NCBI RefSeq assembly: GCF_963921235.1
Contig: NC_086118.1
Span: 25,608,001-25,672,000, forward strand
Length of the DNA stretch: 64,000 nt
Reading direction: 5' to 3'
Source of the DNA: Mobula hypostoma
Taxonomy: Eukaryota
Below, piece after piece: positions 12,417 to 24,290 of the stretch. A program made the translations under genes and the position numbers. The notes beneath the pieces were generated by a model that worked only from the letters and a program-made list of their open reading frames with translations, was not told where the DNA came from and made no database searches. Each line of letters opens with the position of its first letter. The first letter of the stretch is position 1.

Positions 12417-15194
12417 ATTGTGACTCCCGTCTCCCCTTCCCCCACCACTCTGCAACCCCATCTCCCTCGCATTTCATCATCTGCTCCCGGGCCCTTGGAG
12501 GCTCCTTCTTCCTCTCACCCCAACCTTCCCCTCTCCACTGACATCCCACCAGCCTCCCTCCCCCTCCCTTTCACCCCTCTGATCCCACTTCTCATCCGTG
12601 CCAGGTCTTTACTATCCCCTCCGACCTTCAACTCTGAGGCAGAGCGCTCTGTCCTCAGTAAGGGCCTCACCTTTGTCCCCCTTCACCCACACCTCAGCAA
12701 GTTTCGCGTTCGCCATGATGCGGAACTCTTCTTCTGCTGTCTCCATCTCCGAGCCTTCTTCGGCAAGGACTCTCTCACCCCCACCGATGACCCCTTCGCC
12801 TGTCTTCAACCCTCCTCCTCTTCATGGACACCCCACTCTGGTCTTCTGCCTGCTCTGGATCTCTTTATTGCTAACTGCCAACGGGACATCAAGCGTCTCG
12901 ACTTCACCACACCTTGTTCCAATTCCAACCTCACTCCTTCCGAACACTCTGCTCTCCACTCCCTCCGCACTAATCCTAACCTTACTATAAAACCCGCTGA
13001 TAAGGGGGGTGCTGTCGTAGTCTGGCATACTGACCTTTACCTTGCCAAGGTGCAGTGTCAACTTATGGATACCTCCTCTTATTTACCCCTCGATCATGAC
13101 CCCACTAAGGAGCACCAGGCTGTTGTCTCCCACACTATCACCAGCTTTATCCGCTCAGGTGATCTCCCATCCACTGCTACCAACCTTACAGTTCCCACAC
13201 CCCGCACTCCCCATTTCTACCTCCTACCCAAGATCCACAAACCTGCCTGTCCAGATAGACCCATTGTCTCAGCTTTCTCCTGCCCCACCGAACTCATTTC
13301 TGCATACCTCGACACTATTTTATCCCCCACTTGTTCAATCTCTACCCATGTTCATGACACTTCTCACGCTCTGAAATTTTTCCATGATTTGAAGTTCCCT
13401 GGCCCCCACCGCTTTATTTTCACCATGGATGTTCAGTCCCTATATACTTCCATCATCCACCAGGAAGGTCTCAACGCTCTCCACTTCTTTTTGGATTCCA
13501 GACCTAACCAGTTCCCCTCTACTGCCATTCTCCTCCGTCTAGCGGAATTAGTCCTTACTCTTAATTTCTCCTTCGGCTCCTCCTACTTCCTCCAAACTAA
13601 AGATGTAGAAATGGGCACCCGCATGGGTCCTAGCTATGCCTACCTTTTAGTTGGCTTTATGGAACAGTCCATGTCCCAAGCTTATACTGGTATCCATCCC
13701 CCACTTTTCCTTCGCTACATCGACGACTGCATTGGCGCTGCTTCCTGCACGCATGCTGAGCTTGTTGACTTTATTAACTTTGCCTCCAACTTTCACCCTG
13801 CCCTCAAGTTTACCTGGTCCATTTCCGACACCTCCCTCTCCTTTCTGGATCTTTCTGTCTACCTCTGGAGACAGCTTATCTACTGATGTCTAATATAAAC
13901 CTACAGACTCTCACAGCTACCTGGATTATTCCTCCTCTCACCCTGTCTCTTGCAAAAATGCCATCCCCTTCTCGCAATTCCTCCATCTCCGCTGCATCTG
14001 CTCTCAGGATGAGGCTTTTCATTCCAGGACGAGGGAGATGTCCTCCTTTTTAAAAGAAACGGGCTTCCCTTCCTCCACCATCAACTCAGCTCTCAAACGC
14101 ATCTCTCCCATTTCACACACATCTGCTCTCACCCCATCCTCCCGCCACCCCACTAGGAATAGGGTTTCCCTTGTCCTCACCACCCACCACCCCACCAGCC
14201 TCCGGGTCCAACGTATAATTCTCCGTAATTTCCGCCACCACCAGCGGGATCCCACCACTAAGCACATCTTTACCTCCCCTGCACCCCCCCCCCCCACTTT
14301 CCGCAGGGATCGCTCCCTATGCGACTCCCTTGTCCATTCGTCCTCCCCATCCCTCCCCACCAATCTCTCTCCTGGCATTTATCCTTGTAAGCGGAACAAG
14401 TGTTACACATGCCCTTACACTTCCTCCCTCACTACCATTCAGGGCCCCAGTCAGTCCTTTCAGGTGAGGCGACACTTCACCTGCGAGTTGGCTGGGGTGA
14501 TATACTGCATCCGGTGCTCCCAATGCAGCCTTATATATATTGGTGAGACCCGACACAGACTGGGAGACCATTTCGCTAAACACCTATGCTCTGTCCACCA
14601 GAGAAAGCAGGATCTCCCAGTGGCCACACATTTTAATTCCACGTCCCATTCTAGATATGTCTATCTATGGCCTCCTCTACTGTGAGGATGAAACCACACT
14701 CAGGTTGGAGGAACAACACCTTATATTCCGTCTGGGTAGTCTCCAACCTGATGGCATGAACATCGACTTCTCTAACTTCCATTAATGCCCCACTTCCCCT
14801 TTGTACCCCATCTGTTATTTATTACATGTATTTTTTTTCCTCTTTCTCCCTCTGTCCCTCTCACTGTACTCCTTGCCCATCCTCTGGGATTCCCCCCTCC
14901 CCCTTTCTTTCTCCCTAAGCCCCCCCGTCCCATGATCCTTCCTATCCCTTTTGCCAATCAACTTTCCAGCTCTTGGCTTCATCCCTCCCCCAGTCTTCTA
15001 TCACTTTGGATCTCGATCTCCCCCTCCCCCTCTCAAATCTCCTACTCTCTCTTCTTTGTTAGTCCTGACGAAGGGTCTCGGCCCAAAACATCGACTGTAC
15101 CTCTTCCTATAGATGTTGCCTGGCCTGCTGCGTTCACCAGTAACTTTTATGTGTTGCTTGAAATTCCAGCATCTGCAGATTTCCTCGTGTTTGC
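12417..15194 (+). mobile_element. Penelope-like element (Neptune-like), 5' truncated: RT plus GIY-YIG endonuclease, 3' terminal repeat with hammerhead relic
   Basis: RT motifs KPADKGGAVVV, FYLLPKIHK, TMDVQSLYTSI, MGTRMGPSYA, LRYIDD; Cys-rich linker CKRNKCYTC; GIY-YIG VIYCIRCSQCSLIYIGET. The ORF is broken by frameshifts. Flanked by a direct repeat GCAACAAATTCT at 12405-12416 and 15195-15206. Confidence 0.93.
15061..15096 (+). ncRNA. Minimal type I hammerhead ribozyme motif of the Penelope terminal repeat, mutated and probably inactive
   Basis: AGTC-CTGACGA-A-GGG TCTCGG CCC-AAAAC-ATC-GACT: stem I AGTC/GACT, CUGANGA box, stem II GGG/CCC. GAAA reads AAAA and GTC reads ATC, both CpG-type transitions. 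Confidence 0.7.
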
Positions 15195-15654
15195 GCAACA
15201 AATTCTTATTGGCTTATTTATGTAGTGGGCAAAAGAAAAACTGGACACCCCTCACACAAGCAATCTGCCATACGGAACTTTTGTCAAATATACATCCCAT
15301 CGCATCAGAATTTGTATCTTTATTAATCTTCCATGTCACAGTTAGCCAGATACAACAGCTGCAAGTCTATAGTTCTTGTCCTATTCTGCTCCAAATGATG
15401 AAATACAACTTCCAAAATTCTTAATTTCTCCAACAATGATGGAACACTAGTTATGCAGCTTTTTCTCTTTTCCCAGAAAAACTATTTAATTTTATCATGC
15501 CGAGCCAAAAAATTATAAATATTCCAGTAATCAGCATTACTGTATTTCATAGTAACATTTTATTGGAACTTCTATCACTTCTAAAAATCACATTTTTGTA
15601 TTTCCAAAATTGTAAACCCATCTGAATCATCCCCCTTTCCAAGTACTTTTATAA

Positions 15655-16925
15655 GACCATGTGACATGAGAGCAGAATTAGGTCATTTCACCCACTGAGT
15701 CTGCTCTGCCCAGCCATTCAATGGCTGATTTTTCCCCTCAACTCCATTCCCCTGCCTTCTCCCATACACAACTTGTTAAACCACTATTAATCAAGAATCT
15801 ATCAATCTCCACTTTAAATATACTCACCAATTTAACCTCCAAAGGCAGTCATTTCAACTGATTCACCACACTCTGGTTAAAGAAATTCCTCATCTGTACT
15901 AAAAGGCTCTGCCCTTTGGTCCTAGGTTCTCCTACTACTGGGAACACCCTCTCCCTGTTGACTTTATCCAGGCCTTTCAATATCTGGTAAGTTGCAATGA
16001 GATTCCTCCACTCCCCCCGCCCCCCTTTATTCTTTTAAACTCCAGCAAGTATAGGCTCAGAGCCACCAAATGCTCATTTATCAACTCTTTCATGACTGGG
16101 ATTATTCTTATAAACCTCCTCTGGACCCTCTCCAATGCCAGCACAATACAAGGAGAAAACTACTCAATACTCAAGATGTGGTCTGACCAGCACCATAAAT
16201 GGCATTACATCCTTTTTACATTCTAGCACCAACATTTAAATTTGCCTTCTTTACCACCAATTCAACCTGCAAGTTAACCTTTAGGGAATCCTGCACGAGT
16301 ACTCCCAAGACTGTGTACCTCTGATTTCTGAACTTGCTCCCCACTTAGAAAATAATCTGTGCTTTTATTCCTTCTACAAAAGTGCATGGCTATATACTTC
16401 ACTCCACTATATTCCATCTGCCACTTTGCCCATTCTTCTAGGCTTTCTCAACACTACCTGCCCTTCCACCGATCTTTGCAACATCCACAAACTCCATCAC
16501 AAAGTCATCAATTCCATCACTAACACGTGAAAAGTAGCAGACCCAAATCCAACTCCTACGGAACAGCACTATTCACCAGCAATCAATGAGAAAAGCGCCC
16601 CTTTATTCCCCCTCTCTACCTTCAGTTGGTCATCTTCTGTCCATGCTAGTATCCTTCCTCTTGTACCATGGCCTCTTACCTTGTTTTGCAGTCCCATGTG
16701 CAGCACCTTGTCAAAGGCCTTTTGAAAATTCATGTAAACATCCACAGATTCACCTTTGTCTATCCTACCCATTATTTCCTCAAAGAATTCCAGCAGATTT
16801 AGCAGACAGGATTTCCCCTGAAGAAAACTGCTGAACCCTCTAAGTACCCCTAAAACCTCATACTTAATAATGGACCCTGACATCTTACCAGCCACTGAAG
16901 GCAGGCAAACTGGCCTATAATTTCC
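15655..16925 (-). mobile_element. CR1-type LINE, 3' half (RT to tail); continues at 22800-24290
   Basis: Minus-strand ORF GNYRPVCL...GKSCLLNLLEFFEEI...FQKAFDKV; tail TCTCATGTCACATGGTCTTAT on the minus strand near 15655. Confidence 0.85.
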
Positions 16926-17783
16926 ATCACTAACACCAATTCCTACAACCACTGCAAACTGCACAGCTTTTAGCTCCAGCTCCACCCTGGCCCTCGGCCA
17001 TCAGTACCTACATGCCAAGATCCTCTTTGCTTCCTCTGGGCACCCCTTCTCCCACTATCACTCTCCAGCCCTGGGTCTCAGGGGCTCCACGATCATCTCT
17101 TGAATCTTCAGAGTCTCCACCTTCCTCCCACCTTACCTTCCCTGAACACCCCAACCCTCCCCTCTCCTTTGGCACCACAGCTCTTCACCCCCTCCGATGA
17201 CAACTTTAATCTTCACTATATTTTCACCATTCCCTCCAACTTTCCTCTCCTTGAGGAAGGTTCTGTCCTTAGCAAGGGTCTTATCTTTGACTCTCCACGC
17301 TTCCCCCCCCCCCTTCACTCGCACCTCAGTGAGATCCACACTGGCCACAGTGTTGAGCACTTCTTCCATCGCCCCAGTCTCCAAGCCCATTTCTTTGGCA
17401 AAAATCCCCCACCCCTCACTGATGACTCGTTCTCCCATTTACAACCCACCTCTTCTTAGCACCCCTCCCCCCCCACCCCCCACCCCCGGTTCTCTGCCTG
17501 CTCTGGATCTTTTCATCTCTAATTGCTGATGAGACATCAACTGGCTGAAGTGCAGCACTCCACTCTTCAAACCTTAACCTTTCTGAACTCACTGCCCGCC
17601 ACTCTCTCCACACCAATGCCAACCTTAACATCAAGCCCGCAGACAAAGGTGGTGCTGCTATAGTCTGGCGCACTGCCCTCTACCTAGGTGAGGCCAGTCA
17701 GCAACCCTGACATCTCCTCATACCTACCCTTCGAAGGGGACCCCACTCTAGACCATCAGAAAATTGTTTCCTATGCCATCACT

Positions 17784-20637
17784 ATGATGTTGTGGCTATT
17801 ACAGAGACTTGGATGTCTTAGGGGCAAGAATAGCTGCCAAACATGTCGGGCTTTAGGGAGAGTGACGAGGTGGGGGAGTGGCATTGTTAATGGGATAGTA
17901 CCATGGCCGCAGAAAAGAAGGAAGTCATGGAAGGATGGTCTACTGAGTCATTGTAGGTGGAAGTCAGAAACAGGAAAAGAGCAATAACTCTACTGGGTGT
18001 TTTTTTTCTTTATAGACACCCCCCCCCACCCCAAGTAACAGACATTGAGGAGCAGATAGGGAGGCAGATTCTGGAATGGTGCAATAATAATAGGGTTGTT
18101 GTGATTAGTGATTTTAAAACTTTCCTAATATTGATTAGTCTCTCCTTAGAGCAAGGGGTTTAGATGGATTAGAGTTTGTTAGCTGTGTTCAGGAAGAACC
18201 AGAGGGGAGGCAGTACTTGTTCTGGTATTGTGAAACAAACCTGGCCTGGTGTCAGATCTCTCAGTGGGAGAGCATTTGAGGTAGTGATCACAACTTTATC
18301 TCCTTTACCATAGCACTGGAGAGGGATAGGGACAGACACTTTGGGAAAACATTTAATTGTGGTTGGGGAAAAATAGGATGCTATTAGACAGGAACTTGGG
18401 AACAAATTGGGAGCAGATGTTCTCAGGGAAATGCACGCAGAAATATGGCAACTGTTTAGGGAACATGTGAGTGGACTTCTGCAGAGGCATGTTCCATTGA
18501 GGCAGGAAAAGGATGTTAGGGTAGCAAAAACATGGTGTACAATGGATGTAGAAAATCTAGTTAAGAAAAGCTCTTATGAAAGGGGCTCAAGAAAATTAGG
18601 AGAGCTAGAAGGGGCCATGAGAAGGCCTTGGTGAGCAGGATCAAGGGAAACCACAGCATTCGACAAGTACGTGAAGAGCAAGAGGATGTGCTGTGTGAGA
18701 ATAGGACTGATCAGCTGCAATAGTGGAAACATGTGCATGGAGCCAGAGGAGGTAGCTGTGGTACTTAATGAATACTTTGGTTTGGTACTCACTAGGTAAG
18801 AAGACCTTGGCAATTGTGGGGATGACTTACAGCAGACTGAAATGCTTGAGGGTAGACATTAAGAAAGAGGATGAGCTAGAGCTGTCGAAAGGTATTAAGT
18901 TAGATAAGTCGCCTGGACCGGACAAGATATACCCAGGCTACCTTGGGAAGTGAAGGAGGAGATTGAGCATCTGGCGATGATCTTTGCAACATCAATAGGG
19001 ACGGGAGAAGTACCAGAGGATTGGAAGGTTGCAAATGATGTCCCCTTGGTCAAGAAAGGGATTAGAGATAACCCAGGAAATTACAGAGTCTTAACTCAAT
19101 GGCGGGGAAGCTGTTGATCCTGAGAGGCAGGATCTGAGCATTTAGAGAGAATCTGATTAGAGACAGTCAGCATGGCTTTGTCAAGGACAGGTCATGCTTT
19201 GTGAGCCAAATTGTATTCTTTGAGGATGCAACAAAACACATTGATGAAGGTAGAGCAGTGGATGGATTTCAGCAAGGCATTTGATAAGATACACCATGCA
19301 AGACTCATTCAGAAAGTAATGAGGCATGGGATCCAAGGAGACCTTGCTTTGTGGATACAGAATTAGCTTGCCCACAGAAGGCAAAGGGTGGTGTAGGTGG
19401 TTCATATTCTGCATGGAGGACAGTGACCAGTGGTGTTCCGCAGGGATCTGTTCTGAGAACTCTTCCTCTGATTTTTTTTTTAAATAAATGATCTGGGTGA
19501 GAAAATAGGATGGATTAGTAAGTTTGCTGAAGACACAAAAGTTGGGGGTGTTGAGGATAGTCTGGAGGATTGTCAGAGGTTACAGCGGGACATCAAAAAA
19601 AAAAGCAGAACTGGGCTGAGAAGTGGAAGATGGAGTTCAACCCAGATAAGTGTGAAGTGGTTCATTTCAGTAGGTCAAAATATTCTGATGACAGAATATA
19701 TTAAATGGTAAGACTCTTGGCAGTGTAGAGGATCAGCGAGATCTTGGGGTCCATGTCTACAGGACACTCCAAGCTGCTGCGCAGGTTGACAGTGTTGATA
19801 TGGTGTATGGAGCGATGGCCTTCATCAACCACGGGATTGAGTTCAAGAGCTGTGAGATAATGTTAAAACTATGCAAGACCTTAATTAGACCCCTTTGGAG
19901 CACTGTGTTCGGTTCTGGTCACCTCACTACAGGAAGGTGGTGGATACTATAGAGAATGCAGAGGAGATTTACAAGGATGTTACCTGGATTGGAGGACATG
20001 CCTTATGAGAATAGGTTGAGTGAACTTGGCCTTTTCTCCTTGGAGCAGAGGATGAGAGGTGACCTGATGGAGGTGTACAAGATGAGGGGCATTGAGCATG
20101 TGGATAGCTTTAGGATTTTTTTCACCAGGCCTGCAATGGCTAACACGAGGAGGCATAGTTTTAATGTGCCTGGAAGTAGGTACCAAGGGGATGTCAGGGG
20201 TAAGTTTTGCACCGCAACAGAGAGTGGTGGGTGCGTGGAGTGCACTGCTGGCAGCGGTGATGGAGGCGGATACAATAGGGTCTTTTAAGAGCCTCTTAGA
20301 TTGGTATATGGAGCTTAGAAAAATAGAGGGTTATGCGCTAGGGAAATTCTAAGCAGTCTCTTGAGTAGGTTACATGGTCAGCACAACATTGTGGGCCAGA
20401 GGCTTTTTCCCAGGGCTGAAGTGGTTAACACGAGGAGGCATGGTTTTAAGGTGCTGGGAAGTAGGTACAAGGGGCATGTCAGAGGCAAGGCGTTTTTTTT
20501 TAAATAAACCGTGGTTGGTGTATGGAATGCACTGCCAGTGACAGTGGTAGAGGTGGACACGAGACAGTCTCTGAAGTAGGTTATATGGTTGGCACATTGT
20601 GGGCTAAAGGGCCTGTAATGTGCTGTAGATTTCTATG
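17784..20637 (+). mobile_element. CR1-type LINE, 5' truncated, with tandemly duplicated 3' end
   Basis: YDVVAITETW-like start, IKLDKSPGPDKIYP, SGVPQGSVL, MQRRFTRMLPGL; TTCTATG tail; putative 6-bp target duplication ATCACT at 17778-17783 and 20638-20643. Confidence 0.85.
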
Positions 20638-20960
20638 ATCACTGAACTCAACTGTAGAGAACTCCCATCCACTGCCAGACTAGTAGTTCTGTTACACCAC
20701 ACTACTTGCTTCTACTTCTTACACAAGATCCCAGAAGCTTAACTGTTCAGGCAGGCCCATTGTCTCTGCCTGCTCAACTGAACTCATGTCCTCATACCTG
20801 GACTCCATTCTATCCCCCTTGGTTCAGTCCCTTCCCATCTACATCCACAACACTTCACATGCTCTCGATCTCTTCCCTCCACCTCTCCGGTAACAAGAGA
20901 TCCTCTCGTCCTTACCTACAACCCCAGGAGCCTCTCCATCCAGCATACCATTCACTGCAA

Positions 20961-21947
20961 AACACACAAAAAGCTGCAGAAACTCTGCAGGCCAGACAGC
21001 ATCTATGGAAAAAAAGTGCTGGGGTCATTTACGGTGTCCGGTGCTCCTGGTGTGGCCTCCTGTACATCAGTGTGACCCAACATAGAATGGGAGATCATGT
21101 CGCTGAGCACCTATACTCTATCCACCAGAAAAAGTGGGATTCTCAATGACCACCCATTTTAATTCCACTTCCCATTCCCATGTCTATCAATGGTCTCTTC
21201 CACTGTTGTGATGAGGCCAGACTCAGGTTGGAGAAACAACACCTTGTATTCTGTTCGGGTCACCTCCAACCTGATGGCATAAACATCAATTTCTCGAACT
21301 TCTAGTAACGTCCCCAAACCCCCCCCCCACCATTCTCCTTCACCATTTCCCATACCCTTCCCCTCTCACCTCATCTTGCCTGACCATCGCCTGCCTCCAG
21401 TGCTGTTCCCTCCTTTTCATTCTTCCATGCCTGTCTCTTTCACCAATCAACTTCCCATCTCTTTACTTCATCCCTTCCCCTTCAAGTTTCACCTATCACC
21501 TTGTTTCTCTCCCCTCCCCCCACCTTTTAAATCTACTTTTTCCCTCTCTAGTCAATAGACAATAGGTGCAGGAGTAGGCCATTCAGCCCTTCAAGCCAGC
21601 ACCACTTTCACTGATCATGGCTGATCATCCACAATCAGTATCCTGTTCCTGCCTTCTCCCCATATCCAACTCTTTCTTGAAAGAATCCAGAGAATTGGCC
21701 TCCACTGCCTTCTGAGGCAGAGCATTCCACAGATCCACAACTCTGTGTGAAAAAGTTTTCCCTCAACTCCATTCTAAATGGTCTACCCCTTATTCTTAAA
21801 CTGTGGCCTCTGGTTCTGGACTCCCCCAACGTCGACTGTACTCTTTTCCGTAGATGCTACCTGGCCTGCTGAGTTCCTCCAGCATTTTGTGTGTTGCTTG
21901 GATTTCCAGCATCTGCAAACTTTCTCTTGTTTGTGATTGGTTTACAT
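20961..21947 (+). mobile_element. Short Penelope-like insertion (5' inverted terminal-repeat fragment, GIY-YIG C-terminus, 3' terminal repeat) nested in the older PLE
   Basis: Begins with an inverted terminal-repeat piece AACACACAAAAAGCTG...CAGCATCTATGG, then GVIYGVRCSWCGLLYI; 12-bp direct repeat CATTCACTGCAA at 20949-20960 and 21948-21959. Confidence 0.8.
21554..21830 (-). mobile_element. CR1 3'-end fragment, same family as the 37.3-40.6 kb element
   Basis: Minus translation GESRTRGHSLRIRGRPFRMELRENFFTQ; 3'UTR GGCTTGAAGGGCTGAATGGCCTACTCCTGCACCTATTGTCTATT matches 40568-40610. Confidence 0.88.
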
Positions 21948-22799
21948 CATTCACTGCAACTTTTGCACCTCTAAAGGGAGCCTACCACCAGGTGTTATAT
22001 ACCACCTCTCCTCATTCCATATGGATCACTCCCTCCATAATACTGTTGTTCATTTGCACCCCCCCCCCACCCCCCACTAATTTCCCTCCCAGCACTTATC
22101 CCTGCAAGGAACCAAGTGCTACACCTGCCCATTCATCTACTCCCTCACCTCCATTCAGCATCTCAAACCGTCCTTCCAGGTAAGGAAACACTTCAACTGC
22201 AACTCTGTTGGGGTCATCTATTGTATCTGGTATTCCCAATGCGGCCTCCTCTACACTGGTGAGACCCATTGTAATTTGGGAACCGTTTCATTTGACTCCA
22301 TCCGCCAAAATTCCAGTGGCATAACATTTTAATTCCAATTCCCACTACCGTTCTGACATGTCGGCCCACGGCCGCCTCTTGTGTCATAATGAGACCACTC
22401 TCAGGGTGGAGGAGCAAAACCTTATATTCCATCTGGGTAGCCTCCAAACTGATAGCATGAATAGCAATTTCTCCTTCTGATTAAGAAAAACATTCTTCCT
22501 CCTCCTCTCACCTGCCTATCAACTCCCCATAGTGCTGCTCCTCCTTCCCTTTCTATGGTCCACTCTCCTCTCCAGCCCTTTACTTTCCCATCCTCCTGGC
22601 TTCATCTATCATCTAGATATCCTTCACCTCTCCCCACCTTTGTATTCCGGCATCTTCCCTTTTCCTTTCCAGTCCTGAAGGCAGCTCTCAGCTTGGAATA
22701 TCGACTTTGTTCATTCTGTAGATGCTGCCTGACCTGCTGAGTTCCTCAAGCACTGTGTGTGTGTTACTTTGGATTTCCAACATCTGCAGAATTTCTTGT

Positions 22800-24290
22800 C
22801 TACAACCTGTCCTTTTCCTCCCTCCTTAAACAGTGCAGTGACATCTGCAGTCCGGAACCATTCCAGAATCTAGTGATTCTTGAAAGATCACTAATACTTC
22901 CACGATCTCCTAAGCAGACCCCTGAGATGAAGTCCATCTGGTCCAGGTATCTCACTCACCTTTTGAGCTTTCAGATTCCCAAGCACCTTTACCTTACTAA
23001 GTGGTTACTCTTACTGCTACCCACCGACTCGAAATGTAACTGATGTCTTTCACAGTGAAGACTGATGCAAATACTTTAAGAGCTCATGTACCACTTATTT
23101 TGTTCCCCATTACTACCTCTCCAGAGTAATTTTCCCACTCGCACATCTTTTTTACTCTTACTTAAACGTGAAAAAGAACTTGTTATCTTTTTATATTATC
23201 TAGCCAGTTATCTTTCACATTTCATCTTCTCCCCTAAGCTTTTTTTTAAGTTGCCTTCTGTTGGTGTTTTTTTTTAAAAAAAAAGCTTCAATATTTACTA
23301 TATTGTATGTTTTTAATTTTATACTCTGACTTCCCTTATCAGCCTCGATGGCATCATTTTAGAATGCTTCTTTGTGATTAATTGATCCTGTGTCTTTTTA
23401 ATTACTCCCAGAAATTCCAGCCATTGTTGCTCTGTCATCCATGCTAGAGTACTTCAAATCAAGTTTGACCAGCTCTTCTCTCAAAATTCAAAGTACATCA
23501 AAATATGTATACTATATACATAACCTGAGATTCATCTTACAGGCAGCCACAAAACAAAGAAACCAAATTGAACCCATTAAAAAATCCATCAAACACCCAA
23601 AGTGTAGAAGAAAGCAAATCACGCAAAAACTAAAGAAACAACATTCAGAACTGAAGTTCACAAAAGTGAGGTCACAGCCACGCAGCCAGTCACAGCTGAC
23701 ACAGGAGCCAGTTAGCTGCAGACCACAGCCTCAATTCAGCGCAGTGGTGAGCAGTGAGCCAAACACCAGCCCATCCCTCTCCTCAAACCCGACACCCTGA
23801 CCTCTTTAATCTGACCCTGGCTCTCATGTAGTTACTTTTACTCCTGTGTTACTTTTTGTTTCTCCCTCTCAGACTGCAGGGTGAATTCAATCACATTATG
23901 ATCACCTGAAGTTCCCTAATCAGATGTTTCACTGCACAACACCCAATCCAGAAAGGCTGCTCCAAAAAGCCATCGCATAGGCATTCTACGAACTCCTTCA
24001 CTCACTTAGGATCCAGCACCAACCCGATTTTCCACAATCTACCTGCATACTGAAATTTTCTCACAACCATTACACATTACCCTTTTCTATTTCTCATTGC
24101 AATTCATACTCCACATCCTGACTACTATTTAAAGCCTGTATGTAACTCCCAACATCTTTTTGCCTTTTCTTAACTCTACCCAAAAGGATTCTACACCTGA
24201 TTCTATTTTCACTTCTTTCCAAGGAGGATCATTTTTTTTTAAAAAAGAGCGAAGCCACCTCATCCCTTCTGCCTACCCATCATCACACCT
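22800..24290 (-). mobile_element. CR1-type LINE, 5' half, heavily decayed, with an unrelated insert at about 23480-23830
   Basis: Reverse-complement similarity to the 6.7-10 kb CR1 (CAGAATCTAGTGATT, CCATCTGGTCCAGG, TCTTAACTCTACCCAAAAGGATTCTA); resumes where 15655-16925 stops. Confidence 0.7.

Larger units (their letters stand above)
16926..22800 (+). mobile_element. Older Penelope-like element split by later insertions (segments about 16926-17783, 20638-20960, 21948-22800)
   Basis: Segments are collinear with the 12.4-15.2 kb PLE: SVLSKGL, PALDLFISNC, KPADKGGA, then TGCTACACCTGCCC linker, GIY-YIG region and terminal repeat ending near 22800. Confidence 0.8.

Noticed and set aside
12375..13886. 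503-aa ORF as an intact gene or telomerase-like RT
   Set aside because: It starts at a TTG in flanking DNA outside the target duplication, frameshifts before the end of the RT region, and is clearly Penelope RT.
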